A stretch of 40,137 nt of DNA from Candidatus Shapirobacteria bacterium (GCA_017992115.1 JAGOPG010000003.1:1-40137), one strand, 5' to 3'; positions 8,786-17,142 are shown, counted from the stretch's first letter. Notes: generated from the sequence alone by a model not told the origin. Translations and numbers: made by a program.

Positions 8786-10036
8786 TTAAGGTAGAAGAGG
8801 CTCGATAAAATTTTTAATTTTTCCAAAAATACCATTAAAAGATACTTTAATCTTTTTATTAGTACTACTTTTAGAGACAGGTTTTTGATCTTGAAAATAG
8901 AGAATAGTACCAACAGTACTGGCAAAGGCAGGATTAGTAATGTCTTCAACCAGACCGCCAAGTCGAGGGGGATTGGCGATTCTAACAGGTAGAGGTATCA
9001 TATTTGTACAAACTTCTTTGGCTAAAATAGTATCGGCTCCCCCACCAGTGAGAACGATGCCTGCGGGTATATAGTTTTCCAGACCCGCATCTTTAATTTG
9101 TGTAAAAATAAATGAGAAAATTTCTTCTAATCGGGCTTTAATAATGCCATTAACGGCGGTGGAAAAAGAAATTTTTTTGTTTTCTTCACCCAAAATACCT
9201 AGATGTTTTAATTCAATTTCATCTTCAAAACCTTTTTTATCTGCATATGCCTTGAGTTTGATTTTAATCTTTTCAGCATCTTCTAAAGGTAATCTTAGGC
9301 CAATGGCTAAATCATTAGTGATATTGTTTGCACCAATTGGGATTACTCCGGAAAAAACGGGAGAAGATTCCTGAAATACAGTTATTGATGTACTACTGTT
9401 TCCCATGTCTATCAAAGCTACTCCAAGTTCTTTTTCGGTATCGCTTAGACAAGCTTTAGCAGCAGTCAGGCCAGAATAAGCCAAGGAGTCTACTTTTATG
9501 CCTACTTCATCAAGACATTTATACAAATTTTTTAATGCTGGAGTGGAGGCTAATATTAGATGAGTTTCAACTTCCAGTCTTTGGCCACTCATACCGATAG
9601 GGTCGACTACTCCTGATTCACCATCAACGGTGTATAAACGAGGGATAATATGAACAATTTCTTTATTTACAGGCAAGGAAATGGCTTTGGCTGCCTCTAT
9701 GGCTCGATCTATGTCTGCTTGGGAAATTTCTCCATTTTGACCAGATACGGCGGTAACTCCGGTGGAATTAATTGATTCAAAATGAGGGGCAGTGAGAGAA
9801 ATAAAAGCGTGATTTATTTGAAAACCAGCCATTCTTTCGGCTGATTCTACACATTCGGTAATGGTTTTGGAGGCTTGTTCCAGATTAATAATCTGACCTT
9901 TTTTAAATCCAAGTGCAGGTTGAGACGAAACACCAATGATGTTTACTTTTGAATCGTTTTCCGGATATTGACCAATGAGAACAGTGATTTTGCCAGTACC
10001 AATGCTGAGACAATTAATATTTTTTAAATGTTGCAT
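8786..10036 (-). CDS. ftsA: cell division protein FtsA
   Basis: Actin-fold motifs (LSIGTGKITVLIG, ALIDMGNSSTSITV, GIVLTGGGA). C-terminal amphipathic helix GIFGKIKNFIE. Its stop directly abuts the ftsZ ATG. Confidence 0.9.
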   Translation of the reverse strand: MQHLKNINCLSIGTGKITVLIGQYPENDSKVNIIGVSSQPALGFKKGQIINLEQASKTITECVESAERMAGFQINHAFISLTAPHFESINSTGVTAVSGQNGEISQADIDRAIEAAKAISLPVNKEIVHIIPRLYTVDGESGVVDPIGMSGQRLEVETHLILASTPALKNLYKCLDEVGIKVDSLAYSGLTAAKACLSDTEKELGVALIDMGNSSTSITVFQESSPVFSGVIPIGANNITNDLAIGLRLPLEDAEKIKIKLKAYADKKGFEDEIELKHLGILGEENKKISFSTAVNGIIKARLEEIFSFIFTQIKDAGLENYIPAGIVLTGGGADTILAKEVCTNMIPLPVRIANPPRLGGLVEDITNPAFASTVGTILYFQDQKPVSKSSTNKKIKVSFNGIFGKIKNFIEPLLP

Positions 10037-10045
10037 GATTTCATT

Positions 10046-11122
10046 CTAGAGCTTTTTGAGTAAATTTAATAGTTTAAGGTTGATGTTAGCCTCATTTTTT
10101 GATTTTAGATTTTTAGTCTTAAGTAGTCTTTTTATATTTTTTAGTAAAATTTGGCCATTAAGATTTTTATCTAAAATAATTATGGTGTTTTTAGGGTATT
10201 TTTTGTGAAGCCAAAGAGCATTTTTAAGTTGTTCGTTTTGCTGACTGACAGGTAAAGGAATAATAATGGAATTTTTTTTGAGGGCTTCAATTTCCTGGAT
10301 AGTATTGGCACCTGCTCGACTGATGATTATTTTTGAATTATTAAATACCCAACCAATATCTTTTGCTTGGATGAATGAATAAGCAAAATATAAGGGATAT
10401 TTTTTTTCTAGTTTTTTATATTCATTAAAATCATTTGGCCCGCATTGGTGAATAATAATGGTATCCTTAAGTTGAGGTAGAATTTCTTTTATATTTTCAT
10501 TGAGATGGAAAGAACCCTGGTTTCCGGCAGTAACAAAAATTAAAGGATATTTTTTGATTTTAAACTTTAAAAAATTAAAATTTTTTGAACTACTGTCGAA
10601 GATATCCCTACGCAAAAGATTACCGGTGACGATTTCTTTTGGTGATCTTTTCTTTAAAGGAAAAGATAGAGCAATGAATTTGGAAAATGGAGCACTCAAT
10701 CGTGTAGATAAGCTTTTAGTTTTCGTCTGTTCATGGGTAATACTTTTTATTCCCAAAAGCCAAGCGGCAAAAATTACTGGGACGGAAACATACCCTCCGA
10801 AGGAAACTATTGCCCACGGCTGAATTTCCTTAAGGATTTGATAAGCACTAATGAATCCAGTAAAAATTTGAGGGATTCCCCGGATAGTATTAAAAAAAGA
10901 ACGGCGATCAAACTTACCACAGGGAATAGAATAAAATTTAACTTTTAACGATGGAATAGTCTTTGATTCGATGGACGCTTGTGTGGATGTACAAGAATTA
11001 CATCGGCGACCGATATAATATATTTTCCAGTTGAATTCAGTATCCTGCTGGAGTTGATTAATTAATTCAACGGCTGGAGTGGTGTGAGTTCCGGTGAGAA
11101 CGAGACGGCGAGTTTTGATCAT
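10046..11122 (-). CDS. murG: UDP-GlcNAc:lipid I GlcNAc transferase MurG (divergent G-loop)
   Basis: The position between ftsW and ftsA fits murG. The C-terminal ISRAGANTIQEIEA...IIIPLP...NEQLKNA matches the MurG donor-binding motif. The N-terminal loop is LTGTHTTPAVEL rather than GGTGGH. Confidence 0.8.
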   Translation of the reverse strand: MIKTRRLVLTGTHTTPAVELINQLQQDTEFNWKIYYIGRRCNSCTSTQASIESKTIPSLKVKFYSIPCGKFDRRSFFNTIRGIPQIFTGFISAYQILKEIQPWAIVSFGGYVSVPVIFAAWLLGIKSITHEQTKTKSLSTRLSAPFSKFIALSFPLKKRSPKEIVTGNLLRRDIFDSSSKNFNFLKFKIKKYPLIFVTAGNQGSFHLNENIKEILPQLKDTIIIHQCGPNDFNEYKKLEKKYPLYFAYSFIQAKDIGWVFNNSKIIISRAGANTIQEIEALKKNSIIIPLPVSQQNEQLKNALWLHKKYPKNTIIILDKNLNGQILLKNIKRLLKTKNLKSKNEANINLKLLNLLKKL

Positions 11123-12200
11123 CTTTTGAGTATAACAAGGTAGAGTATTTTTTTTCTATATTTATAGCTAATCCCATAGCTGCAAAAAGATTAATAAGCG
11201 AAGAACCTCCGTAAGCGATAAAAGGAAAAGGGATACCAGTTAGGGGGATTAGGCCGACAATGGCGGCAAAATTAATAATCCCCTGAAAGGCGATCCAGGA
11301 TGCAATTCCAAAAACCAGAAGTTTTTCATAATCATGAGCAGCTACTTGAGCTAAACGAAAAAGGCGGGAAATAAGGATTAAAAATAAATAGGTGATCAAA
11401 ATTAAACCAATGAAACCCATTTCTTCACCGATGATAGCCAATATTGAATCAGTACTAATTTTAGGAAGGAATTTATATTTATGATCAGAGTTGGCAAAAC
11501 CTTTGCCGGTAATTCCCCCAGAAGCAAGTGTTAAAACCATTTGTTGACTGTGATAACTGAGATTTTGATTTTCCTGTTGGTTTAGCAGGGTTTTTAAACG
11601 ATCAAGACGATAGGGAGAAACTAAAACTAAAATTACAGAAGTTAGTATGAAAAACAAGGAAGGAATGAGTATATCTTTTATTGAAGCTCCGGACAAAAAA
11701 TAAATGCAAAATACTATTGCGCCTATCAAAATTGCGGTGCTAAGATTTGGTTCCAAAACAACAAGAAGCAATGGTGGTAAAAGATACAGTAATAGACTAT
11801 TAAAATTTTTTTTATCTTCGAGAGTAAAAAGATATGAAAAGAAAATTACTGAGACCAGTTTAAAGAATTCTGAAGGTTGGAAATTAAAGAAAGAAAAACT
11901 AATTTGTCTTTTGGCGCCATAGGCTTCTACACCTAACCCGGGAATAAAAACTAGAATTAAAAAAATTATACCCAATAAATATAATCGAAAAGAATTTTCT
12001 TTTACTAAATTTAAATTTATTTTAGAAGTAATAAAAAGTACTATTAAGCCGATAAGCAGCCAGAGAGATTGTTTTTTGATGAAAAAATAGGGATCACCTA
12101 TATCTTTTGAAGCCTCAAAAAGTGAAGATGAAGACATAAACAAGAGTCCGATTATACTTAAGATTAAAACGTATATAAAAAGCAAGGAAAAACGTTTCAT
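11067..12200 (-). CDS. ftsW: SEDS-family lipid II polymerase FtsW
   Basis: PSEFFKL, EPNLSTAIL, DSILAIIGEEMGFIG and PLTGIPFPFIAYGGSS. The dcw context fits. The tail overlaps murG by 56 nt. The start shares ATGA with the stop of the ATP-grasp gene. Confidence 0.85.
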   Translation of the reverse strand: MKRFSLLFIYVLILSIIGLLFMSSSSLFEASKDIGDPYFFIKKQSLWLLIGLIVLFITSKINLNLVKENSFRLYLLGIIFLILVFIPGLGVEAYGAKRQISFSFFNFQPSEFFKLVSVIFFSYLFTLEDKKNFNSLLLYLLPPLLLVVLEPNLSTAILIGAIVFCIYFLSGASIKDILIPSLFFILTSVILVLVSPYRLDRLKTLLNQQENQNLSYHSQQMVLTLASGGITGKGFANSDHKYKFLPKISTDSILAIIGEEMGFIGLILITYLFLILISRLFRLAQVAAHDYEKLLVFGIASWIAFQGIINFAAIVGLIPLTGIPFPFIAYGGSSLINLFAAMGLAINIEKKYSTLLYSKDDQNSPSRSHRNSHHSSR

Positions 12201-13282
12201 TTGAATTTTTTTAGATGTTCTTCATTAATAGTTTGCACTTTATTGGTTATGATTTTAAAATCTTCTATTTTTTGGGAAATAGTTCCTGAAGGATTTCTCT
12301 TGGTTATTTGAGAGCCAATTAAATTAGGATTATCAAAACGAGACTGTTCTTTTTTGAGATTAAATTCATAATCTAATGGTATAAATTGGGCTAAATGATG
12401 GTAAAAAAGCGGGGTAAGACCAGCTTTTTGTTCTATATAAGTGTAAAAAGCAAAAGAGGCGGTTAGGCGTGGATTGCATTCAAGTAAATAAATTTTTTGA
12501 GGAGTAACTAAAAAATCAAGTCCAAAGAAACCGAGATAATTTAGGGGTTGGAGAATTTTTTTTGAAAAATTTTGAGTTATTTTTTTTATTTGACGAAGTT
12601 GTGATTTGTGGAGAAGTGAGGGCCACTGACGTCCTACGGTGGCAAAGGGATTGCTGGTTAGGGTTGGAATTCCTGTAAATTGAAGAGCGGGTGGGCTTTG
12701 CAGGAGACCTTTTTTTGTTTGGCAACAATTGTTTAAAACAGAAAAACCCTGAATATAAGGGGAAAACTTAACCAGCATATTTTTTGGAATGTGTTTTTTA
12801 GCAGAGGTGTAATTATCAAAATTGTAAGTACTATTACCTGCCCACCCAAAATGGCTTTGGATGACTAGATTTGAGCCGTAAGCTTGCTGGGCTTTTGAAA
12901 AATTTTTTTGATTAAAAGGTAAAATTAAACTATCTATCAGAGGTAATTTAGCTTTTTGGCATTGTTGATAAAATTTAATTTTATCTTCCAGTAGACGATT
13001 ATTTTTGGCACTGGGAGCTGCTAGTAACCAGTGATTTTTTTGACAAATTTTTTCTATTTTGGCGGAAGGTTTAAAGGGAACGATTACTGGATTGGCAAAT
13101 GACTTGATATTTTTTTGAATGTTTTTATCTGCCAAAAGTTTTCCACTATTTTTATAGGTTAATTTTTTTTTACTGACACTTGTAAAATTTGGTATTTCGG
13201 GAAGAGAAATATCTAAAAAATTTTCGACAACTAAAAAGAAAAAATGATACGGTGACGATTTTATAGCTTGAGTGAGGGTCAT
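12197..13282 (-). CDS. ATP-grasp carboxylate-amine ligase, specificity unknown
   Basis: LEDKIKFYQ.., LVIQSHFGWAGNS, SPYIQGFSV and GFFGLDFLVTPQKIYLLECNPRLTAS (E-x-N-P-R type Mg/ATP site). I place the start at ATG 13282, not 13360, because it forms ATGA with the stop of the upstream gene. Confidence 0.65.
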   Translation of the reverse strand: MTLTQAIKSSPYHFFFLVVENFLDISLPEIPNFTSVSKKKLTYKNSGKLLADKNIQKNIKSFANPVIVPFKPSAKIEKICQKNHWLLAAPSAKNNRLLEDKIKFYQQCQKAKLPLIDSLILPFNQKNFSKAQQAYGSNLVIQSHFGWAGNSTYNFDNYTSAKKHIPKNMLVKFSPYIQGFSVLNNCCQTKKGLLQSPPALQFTGIPTLTSNPFATVGRQWPSLLHKSQLRQIKKITQNFSKKILQPLNYLGFFGLDFLVTPQKIYLLECNPRLTASFAFYTYIEQKAGLTPLFYHHLAQFIPLDYEFNLKKEQSRFDNPNLIGSQITKRNPSGTISQKIEDFKIITNKVQTINEEHLKKFK

Positions 13283-14073
13283 TGACGTTGGGTTCCAGTA
13301 CAAACAATAACTGGATAATTTCCTGCAAGGGAAGCATTTTGTTTGTATGCTGCCAGGCAAAGAGCAGACTCGGATGAGAGAAAATGTCCTTTTAATAATT
13401 TTTGAGATTCGATAATGGCTTGGTTGTTGATAATAAAAGCTGTTGATTGGTGTTTTTTTATGATATTAATAATTTTATTTTTTAGGGGAAGAGATTTTAC
13501 TGTTAGGGCATCGGTGATGATTTTGTTTTCTGGTTTATAATTTTTGACGAAATATTTGGCAATAGTAGGATTGGCTGCACTTTGAACCCCAAAAACTTTA
13601 ATGTTTTTGGGTAAAGCTTGTGCAATTCCAAGTAATGTGGTGCCACTGCCGACGGGGATAAAAATGCTACTAACTTGTGGTAATTGTTCAAGTATTTCTT
13701 CACCAATCTGGCGGTATCCTAAAAGAGCACTTGGATCAGTAGATTGACGTAAATTATAAGCATGATTTTTTTTAGCAAATTTGATAGCGTCACTGATAGC
13801 TTTTTTAGATTTGATTACAGAAGCAGAAATTAATTTAAGTTTTTGGGGGTTAATCGAAGGAGAAATAAAAACGGTCAATTTTATATTTTGTAAGTGACAA
13901 AAGTGAGCTGCAGAGATGGCAGCATTACCAGTTGAAGAAATTACTGCTTGAGAATATTTTTGTTTTTGGAGATTTTTAAGTTGCTCTATAATGGCTCGGT
14001 CTTTAGCTGAGCCGGTAAGGTTTTTATCTTCTCTTTTTAAGTAGACTGAATTAAATTTTTCTAAAGGAGTCAT
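13279..14073 (-). CDS. PLP-dependent enzyme, fold type II (threonine synthase / cysteine synthase / racemase-like), short form
   Basis: Schiff-base lysine context YLKREDKNLTGSAKDRA (compare NPTGSFKDR); SSTGNAA; Gly loop PVGSGTT; DPSALLGYRQIGEEILEQL resembles the threonine synthase core. Only 264 aa. Confidence 0.7.
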   Translation of the reverse strand: MTPLEKFNSVYLKREDKNLTGSAKDRAIIEQLKNLQKQKYSQAVISSTGNAAISAAHFCHLQNIKLTVFISPSINPQKLKLISASVIKSKKAISDAIKFAKKNHAYNLRQSTDPSALLGYRQIGEEILEQLPQVSSIFIPVGSGTTLLGIAQALPKNIKVFGVQSAANPTIAKYFVKNYKPENKIITDALTVKSLPLKNKIINIIKKHQSTAFIINNQAIIESQKLLKGHFLSSESALCLAAYKQNASLAGNYPVIVCTGTQRQ

Positions 14074-14080
14074 ATATAAT
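14051..14080 (+). promoter_or_regulatory. candidate promoter for the plus-strand LysW-like ORF
   Basis: Perfect TATAAT at 14075-14080, 27 nt upstream of ATG 14108. A weak -35 TTAAAT lies at 14051-14056 with an 18-nt spacer. The AT-rich context makes chance occurrence likely. Confidence 0.2.
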
Positions 14081-14107
14081 AATATAGTTATATTTTAGCT
14101 AATATTT

Positions 14108-14272
14108 ATGAAAGGCGCTAAAGACAAAGTAATATGTCCTGATTGTAAATCAGTTATTAATAGTAAAGATGCAGCTGTTGGTGATATTTTGGAATGTGAG
14201 GAATGTGGCACTGAGGTAGAAGTGTTGTCTATCAAACCATTAAAATACCGGGAATTGATTGAGGAGAAGTAA
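14108..14272 (+). CDS. LysW-like zinc-ribbon protein (possible amino-group carrier protein), 54 aa, not in the ORF track
   Basis: My own translation is MKGAKDKVICPDCKSVINSKDAAVGDILECEECGTEVEVLSIKPLKYRELIEEK. CPxC...CxxCG with GDIxxC..CG.E.EV...PL follows the LysW/ArgW pattern. It is the only ORF I found by eye covering the gap between the flanking minus-strand genes (14074-14231). The tail lacks the canonical EDWGE. Confidence 0.55.
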   Translation: MKGAKDKVICPDCKSVINSKDAAVGDILECEECGTEVEVLSIKPLKYRELIEEK

Positions 14273-14801
14273 TTCGGTAAATACCATCGTATTTAAAATT
14301 TTTGTCATTGATATCAAATTGCCCGTAATGAACTTTGCGACCTGCCCGAGAGCTTTCGACATAATAAATTTTGTTTTCAACTTTTTCAATAATAAAGATA
14401 ACGTGGCCTCCTTTTTCTTGACGAATTAAGTCGGCAGTCTGAGCATCCTTTATATTTATTTTTTTAGAAAGCGGGGCAGAAGTGAGAATGTCGGCGGAAG
14501 TTTTTCGAGGGTTGAAATTAGTTTTAAGGTAGAAATTAAGTAGTTGGACAGTCAAACCAGAGCAGTCAATTCCAATTTTATGTTTTTTTTGAAAATTGTA
14601 AATTTGAGTTGGAGTCATATTGATGATTTTTTTATTATCCGTGTTTGCTAATTCTATGGTTTTCAGGGCGATTTCTTTGGCATTACCCTTGCCAACTAAA
14701 GCAATCTCAGGAAGGTATTTTTTGGTGACGTTCATGTAATAAGGAATGCCAATATATTTATCTATTTCTTTATAAAGTTCTTCTAATTTAGACCTAACCA
14801 T
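14232..14801 (-). CDS. NlpC/P60-family cysteine peptidase/amidase, no signal peptide
   Basis: Catalytic Cys context GIDCSGLTVQLL, downstream His in GGHVIFII, then YYVESS. The N-terminus MVRSKLEELYKEID is hydrophilic. I prefer ATG 14801; the track's 14867 start lies inside mraY. Confidence 0.6.
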   Translation of the reverse strand: MVRSKLEELYKEIDKYIGIPYYMNVTKKYLPEIALVGKGNAKEIALKTIELANTDNKKIINMTPTQIYNFQKKHKIGIDCSGLTVQLLNFYLKTNFNPRKTSADILTSAPLSKKINIKDAQTADLIRQEKGGHVIFIIEKVENKIYYVESSRAGRKVHYGQFDINDKNFKYDGIYRITSPQSIPGILMV

Positions 14802-15817
14802 AGACCAAAAATTGCTAAAATAATTGCGGCTAACCAAGCACGGAATACAATTTTGGGTTCTTCCCATCCAAGTTTTTGCAAAGTAAGGTGAATTGGAGCT
14901 GCTGGAAAAATTTTCTTGCCACGATACTTTTTACTGATAATCTGTATAGCACTACTGAGACCTTCTACTATAAAAGGCATGCCAACAATTATTAAGGGAA
15001 TAATTTTCCCTAAAAGAAGAGCTATAAGTGCAAAGGTGGCCCCAAAGGAAAGGGAGCCAACATCGCCCAATATTATTCGAGAAGGATATACATTAAAATA
15101 TAGAAAGGAGATGAGAGCACCAATCCAAAGAGAGAGAAAAAGAGATATTGGTGTATCCAAGGAAGTACCAGCTAAAATCCAAAAAGCAAAAAGTGCAATC
15201 AATAAAATTCCGCAAGATAGGCCGTCTAGTCCATCAGTAATATTAAAAAAATTGGCAAAGGCAACAATAATGGTGGTACTAATGGGAATAAAAAAGAGGC
15301 CAAGAGTAATGGCACCTAAAAAAGGCAGGTAAATGAAATGAATACCAAGTTTGAAGTAAAGAAAAAAAGATATAAATAAGGCAAGAATGATTTGAAGTAT
15401 CAATTTATGTTTCATTCGAAGGCCAAAAAATCCGTTTTTTTCAAAACCAAAAAACTTGTGAACATCATCATATAAACCCAGTAGACCGAAACTAATGAAA
15501 GTGAAAAAAATGATAAAAATCTCGTTTAATAGATTAAAATTACTGGAAATAAAGATTCCTGAAATCTTAAGTAGTTGAAAAAGAACAAAAAAAAGTATGG
15601 TAACAGAAAAGATAACTAATAATCCCCCACCGGAGGGAACACCAGCTTTAATGGAGTGGTATTTATCAAAAATTGGAGTGCTTTTGTTTTGAAAATCGAG
15701 TGTTTTTTGTTTTTGACGCTGAAATTTGAAGTGATAAAGAAGATTAATAAAAGGGACAACCAAGATGCTTGTAGCGATAAAAGCAAATAATAGTAGTCCA
15801 AGAAAAAGATTAATCAT
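14783..15817 (-). CDS. mraY: phospho-MurNAc-pentapeptide translocase MraY
   Basis: Polytopic membrane protein with NFFNITDGLDGL, GDVGSLSFGA and a PAAPIHL-like HHH-region remnant. dcw context fits. Confidence 0.9.
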   Translation of the reverse strand: MINLFLGLLLFAFIATSILVVPFINLLYHFKFQRQKQKTLDFQNKSTPIFDKYHSIKAGVPSGGGLLVIFSVTILFFVLFQLLKISGIFISSNFNLLNEIFIIFFTFISFGLLGLYDDVHKFFGFEKNGFFGLRMKHKLILQIILALFISFFLYFKLGIHFIYLPFLGAITLGLFFIPISTTIIVAFANFFNITDGLDGLSCGILLIALFAFWILAGTSLDTPISLFLSLWIGALISFLYFNVYPSRIILGDVGSLSFGATFALIALLLGKIIPLIIVGMPFIVEGLSSAIQIISKKYRGKKIFPAAPIHLTLQKLGWEEPKIVFRAWLAAIILAIFGLWLGLN

Positions 15818-17142
15818 GTTTTGATATATTTTATACTAGCACCTAATGAGCATAAACGTTCAGCTAGTTTTTCATAACCTCTCTCGATGTATTCAACATT
15901 ATTGATAAGACTCTCCCCTTCTGCGGTTAATGCAGCCAAGGTAATACAGGCACCAGCGCGTAAATCGTTGACATCAAAAGTTGATGCTTTTAGTTTATTT
16001 GGGCCATAAATTTTTACTCCATGAAAATATTCTGGTTTGTCGGTGTCTAGATTAAACTCATAATAAGTTTCAGGGTGTTCAACAATGGGGTTGAAAAGGG
16101 TGGTTTTAACCCCCATTTTATTCAAATAGGTAATGTGTTGGAAGCGGTAAGGATAGACTCTCTCTATAATAGTACTGACACCAACAGCTTGAGTTAACAA
16201 AACTGAAAAAACGGCTTGCCAGTCGGTCATAAAACCTGGTTCAGGACCGGTTTCTATATTAATAGCACTTAGAGGTTTTACCCAAGAGACGGTTACTTCA
16301 TCGCTTCCACGGTTGATTTTTGCCCCCATTTTCTCGATGGTATCTAAAAATGTTTTGATAATATTTGGATTTACCCGAAGGATATTTACAGAACCTTTGG
16401 TAGCGAGGGCAGCGCAAGCAAAGGTGACTGTTTCATTCCTGTCAGAAATTACTTGATGGCTGGTACCATGGAGTTGACTTACTCCATTTACAATAATAGT
16501 TTTTGGATTTTTTGGATCGCGTTTAATATCTGCCCCCATGGAATTGAGCATGACGATTAAATCATCAATTTCTGGCTCTTGAGCACAGTTTTCAAAAATA
16601 CTCTGTCCGGGTGTCATGGCGGCAGTCATTACAATGACTTCGGTTACAGTATGGCTAGGTTTATTAAAAACATAATGAGTTGTCTTTATTTTGTCTGTAG
16701 AAAATATCATCAAATCTTTTTCAAATGTTGTAGAAATTCCCATTGTTTCGAAACAATCAAAAAGACGGTCCAGGGGGCGGGCACCTAAGCGATCACCTCC
16801 TGGTGTGGGTATAATGGCTTTACCGGTTCGGACCAAAAGTGGTGCTGCAAAAATAAACGAGGTTCGGGATTTTTCTCCGGTACCATGAGGAACAGTGGAT
16901 GATTTAATTTTTTTAGTTTGAATAGTAATGCCATGTTCGCCATCGTTTGTTATTACAGATCCCAGACTTTTGGCAATACTATTTGTAATCCGAACATCAG
17001 AAATTTGAGGAACATTGAGTAAGTGACATTCTTCTTCGGTTAATAGGGTGGCTATTAATTCTTTGTATGAGGCATTTTTTGCACCTCGTATGGAGACTTC
17101 ACCGATTAAAGGATTACCTCCTTGGATGATGTATCTTGACAT
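15814..17142 (-). CDS. murA: UDP-GlcNAc 1-carboxyvinyltransferase MurA (Asp at the fosfomycin-target position)
   Basis: IQGGNPLIGEVSIRGAKNA, the active-site loop PTPGGDRLGARPLD and LRAGACITLAAL. Length and architecture are typical of MurA. Confidence 0.9.
   Translation of the reverse strand: MSRYIIQGGNPLIGEVSIRGAKNASYKELIATLLTEEECHLLNVPQISDVRITNSIAKSLGSVITNDGEHGITIQTKKIKSSTVPHGTGEKSRTSFIFAAPLLVRTGKAIIPTPGGDRLGARPLDRLFDCFETMGISTTFEKDLMIFSTDKIKTTHYVFNKPSHTVTEVIVMTAAMTPGQSIFENCAQEPEIDDLIVMLNSMGADIKRDPKNPKTIIVNGVSQLHGTSHQVISDRNETVTFACAALATKGSVNILRVNPNIIKTFLDTIEKMGAKINRGSDEVTVSWVKPLSAINIETGPEPGFMTDWQAVFSVLLTQAVGVSTIIERVYPYRFQHITYLNKMGVKTTLFNPIVEHPETYYEFNLDTDKPEYFHGVKIYGPNKLKASTFDVNDLRAGACITLAALTAEGESLINNVEYIERGYEKLAERLCSLGASIKYIKT

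Noticed and set aside
13283-13360. 26-codon N-terminal extension of the ATP-grasp ORF given in the track (start 13360)
   Set aside because: The extension lies wholly inside the 3' end of the PLP gene in another frame. ATG 13282 forms a clean ATGA junction with that gene's stop, and the sequence from MTLTQ onward looks like a natural N-terminus.
14802-14867. Longer start for the NlpC/P60 ORF (MGRTQNCIPC...)
   Set aside because: It overlaps 85 nt of the mraY C-terminus. The internal ATG at 14801 gives only a 19-nt overlap and a plausible hydrophilic N-terminus. I could not decide this rigorously without homolog alignment.
14916-15332. 138-aa plus-strand ORF inside mraY
   Set aside because: It is antisense to mraY. 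The Lys/Arg/Pro-rich translation is typical of the reverse frame of Phe/Leu-rich membrane-protein codons, and it has no motifs.
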